Assembly: GCA_013115125.1 (NCBI GenBank)
Contig: JABANN010000161.1
Location: forward strand, 1 to 58,841
DNA from: Perkinsus olseni
Taxonomy: Eukaryota
Direction of reading: 5' to 3'
DNA: 58,841 nt
Translations under genes and position numbers: made by a program
Notes under the pieces: model-generated
Told to the model about the DNA's origin: nothing
Seen by the model: the letters and a program-made list of their open reading frames with translations, nothing else
Databases searched by the model: none
Shown here: piece after piece, positions 50,982-58,841 of the stretch
Layout of the letters: every line of letters begins with the position of its first letter
How positions within the stretch are numbered: the stretch's first letter is position 1

Positions 50982-53900
50982 TCAGATACGACTTTCCGTC
51001 TTCAGATTGATCCCCGGGCCCACTACACTCGGCACCTAGTGAGAGCGCCCATCAGAAGCAGATACCCCAGCAACCCGTCTCCGTGGACTACCTCGACATG
51101 CACACTGGCCCACTCGGGTTCTCGGCGCTGCTTCAACGCTCTGATGCCCTCGGCTGCCTCCTTCCCAGCACGGAGGTGAGCTATCACAGTCGCCACTGAA
51201 CGGGTGAGCTCCGCTGTCCCCTGGAAAAAGGCGGAGCGTAGTTTTTTCGGCCGCCTTCAGTGCTGCCCACCATCTCCTTCTTTTCCATATTAAAAGCCAG
51301 TTTCTTCAACTCACTGACAGCATGAGGTTCGCTCAGTCTAATGCGATCAGCCACCGCTTGCAGGGCCGAGTCCAAATCGGTCTTCCTCTGAACTACTATG
51401 TCAACAATCCCTGAGCTGACCAGTCCGACGCCGAGGGAGGCAGAGACTCCTACCGGCTGCCTTCGCCTCATCGGCGTCGATCGGAGTGGCTAGCGCCGCT
51501 AAGCGGACGGCTGTCAAGGGGCCAACACGGCGTATGACAAAGGGAAGGATAGTCGCTGGACAAACGCCTGATGGGAGGGGAGATCCACTCGGCCGGAACA
51601 AAGCTTTTTCCCGGGGAAGGCTAGATGGATTCATCCGAGCGGGCATGGGCCAGGCTCATCAATGGGAGGTGACTCAGCCGTCGTAGCAGAAACATCTCGG
51701 ACTGAATGGAGTGGAAGATGGGGCAAAGTATGGACGAACTCCGGAGTTGTGAGTATTTCACGCACGATTATACTGATCTGGCTAGACGATGGAGTGCTCA
51801 GTAGTTCGACACCGAGGTATCCCGGGCTGAAGTTCAGCGCGTCGGGACCAAATCCAATATCTACGATAATGATCAGACTACCAAGTTTAACCTCGGACAG
51901 TGTGAGCTCGGTGCTCTCTCTAGAAGCGATGACCATATCGCAGGCAGCAAGGAGTCCCCATCCACCGCCAAACACGCGCCCTGATACCGCGCAGACTAGG
52001 AACTGAGAGCAGACCACTCACAACCCCGACGATTTAACCAGGCTGCTGACCTGGGGAATTCTGGCCAGTTGAGTGAGAACTCGGACGAAATTACTCGCGC
52101 CTTCAACGTTTTCAGCCAAGGACCTGCCGCCACCAACTCAGTGGAACGGCCGAGATCCCCCAACCCACTCACACGGCTCGACTCCTGCTGAACTCTCTGG
52201 GGTCCAGACCAGCGCAGAAGGTACGGCTGTCCGGAGTGGCCCTCAGCACGACCAGACGAACCTGCACTCAAATCAACAACGAAGCCGTTCGAATGACGGT
52301 CTACATTGCGGCGGACGTCAGCGTTGTTGGTGAGGAGATCTGTGCACCTAGTCAAGGAGCCCATCATCTCGTCGGTAAGGGAGTTGTGCTCCTTTGGTCT
52401 GTTCAGTATCTACGATTGGTGTGGTATTGTTCTAAAAAGCGATTGGGAATGCTAATGATGATCTGTGGTTGACATTGTTCGCCGTTCCCCATGCCCTTAT
52501 ACGACTGTCCTTTTTTACTCATTATTTTGCGTCAATCCGCCCGTGCGGTATGTTACAGCCCTTCCCTCCCGACCGGCACTCCTACCACACCTCCCTCATA
52601 TTACGATCTCAGCGACGTGCTTGGATATGTGTACGACAAAGTCGAAGCCTTTGCCCGAGAACCCCATGCACTCTGCCGAAAAGTGCTGCAGCTCCGGCAC
52701 CTTGCTAGGCCGAACGTCGTCCAGCTGATACAGAGAGGGACCGCAATAAGAGGTCCCCAGAGGACGGCCAAGCTTACCGCTATCGACGGCATGAGGAGAG
52801 GCATCTGCAGAAGCATCTGACCGTAGGACTTGCCGAGGTTGTCCGCATGCAGAGAGGCCATACCTAGGAGGATCGTCCCTGTGTGGCTAGCGGCTGAACA
52901 GGTGCTCACCTCCGCCGCCGAGTATGTCGGTCAGCAGGAAGTTGAAGGCCCCGAGGCCAGGGACGTCGTAGCGTACCTGAGGTACCCTAGGGGGAGGAGA
53001 GAGCGAAGCGCTTACACAGGACGTGCTGGGGAGGTTCCACCGACTCTTGAAAAACTGTCGGACGGCATCAGCAGTGATTTGATGCTTGATGAATGGCAGA
53101 TATCTGAGTAAGTACGAACAGTCGTATCTATAGTCGACCGTGGTAAGATACGGAATAGGTGCCCGGAGTAGTGTCACACAGTTCAGACTGGGATCCACCA
53201 TAACCGATGGACGCCCTCGTGTCACCTCTCATTCCGAGCGAAGAGTCCAACATTAACATTATTCCCTTTGTCACCAGATCTCGCATAGCATACACGAAGC
53301 AAATCGACCTGATAAAAGATACTCTTCGGCTATTTTGTAACACGCAAGGTCGACCTCAAGATACGCTGCGATGACACTGCTATCCGTGAACAGTAAGCCT
53401 TGCAGAATCGACAAGATAGCACCGGAAACTATTCCCTAGTCGATCATCATTTCAAGTGCTCAATCCCGGCAGTCAGCGATCAGCAAGTGGGGCACCACCG
53501 AGCTAATGACATTAGCTGCCGAAGCGCGCGGGTTTTTTTAGCATTATTCTTGCACGGCATGAAAAATACGGAAATTGCGGTATGATACTGCACGAGTTCC
53601 AACTGTAGGTTTCAATACCACACTTCTGAAGCATCTGTACTATCACAGCGGAATTATGTCGATCGTTCATGACTCTGGGAAGGTCACAGACCACAGGAAA
53701 AATTCCAGAAAAAAATTAGAAAGCTTCACCGTATGGACCTCCCGCCCCCTGCAATTTCGAGCCCACGATGCCCAGAGTTGACCGCGGCCAATCGGACAAT
53801 ACACTTAGCGGGCCTTCTTACTGTCTCGCAAGGAGAGAACTCATGAGGGTCCGCGGCCTGAACGACGGGGACGCGTTCTGTGGTATGGGGCCAATGGATA

Positions 53901-56291
53901 TTGACCGGCCCTCCTGATGGCTGCAGTTGCCGCTCAGCTCCATTCCCTGGCGAAAAGATCTACTGGAAAAAGGATAGAAAGGATGAGGTACCAATTTGTA
54001 TCTTAGGTGGAAGCTTGCTCTTGGCGGCTAGCATCGGAACCATGCGGATGATCGCTTGCGGCCGGGCGCGGCCTCCAGTGAAGCCAATGGTGCCTGGGCC
54101 ATGCTAACTTCAGCATAATCTCTCAGGACAAGACCCACACACACTATCGTGTATCGCTCGCAACTCGTGGTCTCGAGGTCCCGGGTTCGATCCCCGGACT
54201 GGTATTTTTTACCTGGAGCCATCGACGTCCCTGCACTGATGAGCTCGTTGGCTAACAGCTGCAACACCTTCCTGTCTTGATGCTTCGCCGCCATCCGTAC
54301 CACTGCCTGTGAGTTAAATCAAACCAGCCTCACGTCACCCTCCCTCGGACGCACCTCGAAATCGCTGCCGATGGTCTCGATCCTGGTTTCGTCCAGACTG
54401 ATGCCCAGGTGCCTCTCGACCCCTGCGACCAAGGCCTCAGACGCTCCCCAGTGACCATCCCCTCACGTTTGATAATCGCCTCCACCGTCTTGCGTGCCTT
54501 GACCTCGGCATTGTGGCCTCTGACGATGATACTAGTGGAGACCTTGAAGCCGTCTAGGTAGGTACCTCACATCAAGGCAGTAAAACAGGAACCTTCATCA
54601 AAGCAACAATATCATCTACCACAAACTTTGTAGGTTTCCGTCGGACACTTCCCTCGAGCGTTGGACACTCGTACCACATTATTCCCAACTTGATCCACCT
54701 TGACTTGGGTGAAGTCACATACGACGTCCGGGACCTGGTCAGAGGTCTGTTGCACGGCAGAGCAAGGATGGCGCGCCCGTTAAGGGAGCCTGCTCAGATG
54801 CGCTGAAGTCGGTTTTTAACAGGAGAACAAGATGCGGTCATGGTTCACAGAAGACAGAGTTCACCAAAAACGAAGCGATTCGAAGAATAGGGAGAACGTG
54901 GTGGATGCCAAGGTGTAACGGTGTAAGGTGAAGGGATGATACATTTTCGTATGTTGCAAGGATCAACCTAAGATATCCCGGCGCATGAGTATCATTACTA
55001 GGGTTACATGCAATAGGAAGTCGACTGGCCTCTGCCCACACACGGACTAAAGCGACGTTGACAGGTAGTACAAACGACACGAAAAAAATACTTTCTGTGA
55101 CAAAAGGCGATAAGGGAAGTGAGACCACTATGCCTCCAAGTGGCAGGTGTGGCTGGAGGCAGCACTCACATGCAGGCCATGGTGGCCTCACTTTTCGAGC
55201 ATTACATTTTCCGCTACAGGCTGTGGTATTACTACTTACTATGTAGTTGCCAGGATCTCCAATCTCGTACAGGATTTGTTCCTTCACACCTTCAACCTAA
55301 GATACTCCTATATTCCCATACCACACCATCCGCTAATCACCATAACTCTGCCCCCTGTTCCGGGAGGCTTCGAAAGCAAGAACTCCCCACTAGCCAGGAC
55401 CTCCGCAATGGGGTAGCCTATGTTCGACCTGCCCACGGCAACTACGCCCCTCCTAAGCATCCTCCAGTACCATCCTTCCGCCACTCCCGTCTCGAGACAG
55501 TCCGTCATGAGCCCACCAGTGGCCTGGGCGCCGCACTCGAGGACGTGACCGGCCAGAGTCCCCGAAGCCATCAAGTCAAGGTCCTCCATAGACCATCCAA
55601 ACCTATCCAACTTACGCATGGCGAGCCCTCGCTGGCACCGTCCAGGCCTACTCATGAATGAGAGGCGCTAGCACCAGGGCCGAATCCACCACGCGGCCAG
55701 TGACGACGATATCCGCACCCCCAGCGAGGCACTCCACGATCGGAGCTGCTCCGAGATACCTATTTTGGGGATTCTGAGGAGGTGGTGTGTCGGAGGCCAT
55801 GACCCACACGTTAGCAGTGGTGAGACTCTTCCTGTGAGGGACATTGTCGATGAGATCCCCGATTTCCTTCAATACATCATCACCATATACCACACCAACT
55901 GCAACTCAATCGACTGATGTTAATTTTATGCTACTTTACTACCTTTAACCTCTCCCCAACCCCTCTCCTCATAAACTTTCTCAATAGCCGCCTTGCATGC
56001 TTTCGGGTTCAGCCCGCCGGCGTTAGTGATGAATTTGATCCCCTTCGCTTTGGCCTCTCCGCCCACCATCTTAATAACCTCTATAAAATCAGTAGCATAT
56101 CCCAACTTTCTTCCAGATCGTTGTTTGGCCGCATACAACAGCGACATGGTCAGCTCAGCTAGATAGTCACCGATAAGGTACTCCACTCGTCCTCTGCTCA
56201 CAAGCTGCGGTGCCGCCGTAAGACTGTCTCCCCAGAACCCACAGAAGCCTCCAATCCTCACACTATCTCTGCTGGCCACTGGGGCTGGCAT
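50982..56291 (-). CDS. AtuA (DUF1446)-family protein fused to an enoyl-CoA hydratase/crotonase domain
   Basis: GFWGDS, DYLAELTM, YLGA.PI, TGRVVDSAL, AGHVLECG.Q.TGG, ARSGDKG, then in-frame ILNRPKEHNSL, VFGGGWGLLAACD, LSEVKLG. Confidence 0.8.
54159..54210 (+). pseudogene. tRNA 3' half with perfect T-arm and T6, antisense within AtuA intron 54094-54212
   Basis: CTCGTGG TCTCG AGGTC CCGGG TTCGATC CCCGG ACTGGTA TTTTTT. Confidence 0.75.
55117..55193. repeat. Inverted repeat (14/16-bp arms, inner 8-bp stem) in a 505-nt intron
   Basis: AAGTGAGACCACTATG ... CATGGTGGCCTCACTT; inner TGCCTCCA/TGGAGGCA. Confidence 0.75.
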
Positions 56292-56599
56292 GAATGGCAA
56301 ACTACGCGGCGACTCTCTGGCAACAACAGTAGTAGCGCGTATCGCAAACGTGCCATACCGAGTACCGCATTTTACACTACTCCTGAGTACTTCTTCAAGT
56401 ACTACACCCCCCGGTCCATATCGACGACGCTCCTCCCCGTCCGTCCCAGCTACGAGTTTCACTAAGTCGCGATCTTGCCCGTTACAAAGCTACGGCCAAG
56501 ATTCAGCATCGCCTCCCGTCCAGGATGCACGATTTGTGCAGCTTTGCCAGCCCCATGAGTGCAATTAACAATCAGCCGATCACGGCCGCCCATTGAAGG

Positions 56600-57784
56600 A
56601 GCCTTATGAACTCAACAGTAGTGGTGTGAGGGACATGGTCAAGATATGTAGCAAAGCTACTTGGAACTTATGGCCTCGACTCTGGCTTCTATGCGAAGGT
56701 GCCACCAAGAGGTTGTAGCTGTGGCGGTAGCATAAAACAAAGACACGTGATCTGATACGATACAGGAGGCCACAACAGGCAAACTCAACTACCAATGCAG
56801 CTGCAGTACAAAGTACAAGATTAAGACATGCTGGCACACAGTAAAGGCATGCAGGAATCCGTCACGCGCCACAAAATTGCCTTCTTACCGTCCACCACGC
56901 AGGAGCAGCTCAAAATTGGAGTCCCCTGGCCAGAAATTCTAAGGAGGCAACGAAGTCCAGGCTGCAGGGAAGGACGAGGAGCTCACTCCGCCACGATCCA
57001 TGATGTCACCAGTGAACCTAACGACCCCTCCGGCTGCTGCCGACTGGCGAGCCTGATGCGGTCGTTGTGTGGTACGGATGGCAGAGGGACTTACTTGGGA
57101 AGGAAAGACGAGGGAGAGGAGGAAAAATGGAACGATGAGGCGAACCATTGGAGGGGCCGGAGAAAGAAGTCTGTAAGTGGAAAAGACAACCCGGCGGTGA
57201 TTGACTGCTCGATGGCTGTATGAGGGCACAACGGTAAGACAAGGTTAATCACATGCTCGCACAGCCCGAGGGAATCCATCAATCTTGCCGAAGATCATCA
57301 ACCTAAGATACCCTAATACGAAGCATGCCAGACTCCCAGTCACTCACTCCGTAGAAGTCATGGACTTTCGAGCGTTTGGAGGGGAAGAAGAAATAGTCCT
57401 ACCAACAGGTCCCTCAGTGGCGTCGAGGATCGCTGTTACCGATACTACATCGTAACCGCTCCTAACATCATGACGCAAAGCCCTGGTCCTGCGCTGTATC
57501 CTATCAATAGTCGAAGGCGCCGAGTTCAGTCTGTCAGCCTGTTCTTCGAGGCGGTTCAGCGTAGTGGCTGTGAGGAAGCACGATGTGGTAATGGAAATGC
57601 GGTCAGAGACTGTCCCACCGGCTCTGTCACTGGCAGAGGTGAGCCCACTCATCGCCCCGCTGGCCGCCTCGTTGAGCAGACCTGAAGGAGGGCGCCCGAG
57701 CACATCGGTCTGGGTGGAACCGATACTACTTTGACTTCGCTCGGCAGCATCATCCAGGTAGTCTGAAGAGCGAGCGAAGCCCAT
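56600..57784 (-). CDS. Hypothetical protein(s): coiled-coil exon plus hydrophobic exons
   Basis: ORF 57344-57784 starting at ATG, plus downstream minus-strand ORFs. Confidence 0.4.
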
Positions 57785-58841
57785 TGAATGCTCAATTGAA
57801 GCATCAATACGACCAAATGGTCATTTTCGGGAGAACCTCCGGTCTCGTTACGCGCACTATTACAAGCTATTGCCGAGAGTGACGTAGTGACTGCTATTAA
57901 CAGCCACCACGCTATTCTCGGCCAACGCAGTTTCTTGTAGAGAACCCTTCAGTTTGGGAACTGAACGCCTCACTTGAGAGGTACACTAGCACATCTTCTA
58001 CGGTGGAAGGTGCCGTTCCATCTATCACAGACGGCGAAGGCCCCAGCTTACCATCACCCTTGGACAGTATCGATGACCATCCATCCTTCAACGCCTGCTC
58101 GAGGGAAGAATGACTACTAGTCGGACATGCAAGACTTACCCTCCCGAACGACCTGGCTGCACCAGTCGCTGTCCTTCGACCGTGTCCTGAGGAAGGTCCC
58201 TCGTCAGACTGCCGCAGCGCATAGCTTACTCAAGAGAGCTGCTCCCGTGTTCTTCAGGGCGGCACCGGTATCTTTTATTCCGTCTTGTACGTCCTCAACA
58301 TCCCTCACCACAGCGTCCCTGGTTGATTGTTTACTACTACGCCAGAACCCACCGAAGAGGTCGCTGAAGAATCCCTGAAGGGTCGTCAGATGGTCCCGAG
58401 GGAGGGGAGACGAGGGCAGGCTACTTTATGTGTGACTTTGACGGTAGTGACCACAGATGGCAGGAGAAGGCTTATGAGTGATACAATGAGTACTCTAGTA
58501 GAAGAGAATCTCATATTAAGGGGCCTGATGGTGAAGACCTGGTGATGGTCGGGATTCTGACACCTCAAGCTGCATTTACAACGCATTCTGCTACAGCCGA
58601 TCAGTCATGGGGGCAGCGAGACCCTCGGATGTCCCAGAGATAGGGTCCAGTCCACAGTACCACGATGGTATTTATACAGCAATAGGTTAGCAATGACGAC
58701 CGAGTTTAAAAGACGCTGATCCGATTGTTAAGAAAATGCAAGAGAGCAAGACTGCCAAGAGAGGCTGAGGCTTGCTCGCAGCGCGCCCATAAGATTTCTC
58801 AAGTCGCCCAAGATTTTTCTCGAGCTGCCCGTCGCAGTTCT

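Noticed and set aside
54096-54158. U6 snRNA-like TTAGCATGGCCC on the minus strand
   Set aside because: Only 12 nt; no contiguous ACAGAGA box or downstream U6 stem, and it overlaps an intron acceptor.

Overview
Gene-dense, intron-rich eukaryotic DNA with mostly 40-60 nt GT-AG introns and genes in long same-strand runs. It is most consistent with a Perkinsus-like alveolate; this is inference, and no database search was run. Recognisable genes: IRP/AcnA-type aconitase, an OPR-like helical-repeat protein, an ACL5/SpeE-type aminopropyltransferase, U1-C, LSm5, an HMG-box protein, a divergent pantothenate kinase, a 5'-truncated cytochrome P450, a Thr-rich mucin, two intronless secreted ORFs, and an apparent AtuA-crotonase fusion. 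Other elements: an intact tRNA-His(GTG), an intron-containing but deleted IS630/Tc1/mariner element with TIRs and TA target site, and a probable integrase relic. The most unusual signal is a set of seven tRNA-derived remnants. Six keep the variable loop/T-loop (B-box) and mostly the tRNA 3'-end spacing, while stem pairing has decayed. At least four lie in spliceosomal introns and supply or abut a splice site. One 75-nt PanK intron is essentially a whole tRNA body from nucleotide 7 onward. All exon structures were assembled by eye and need RNA-seq confirmation.
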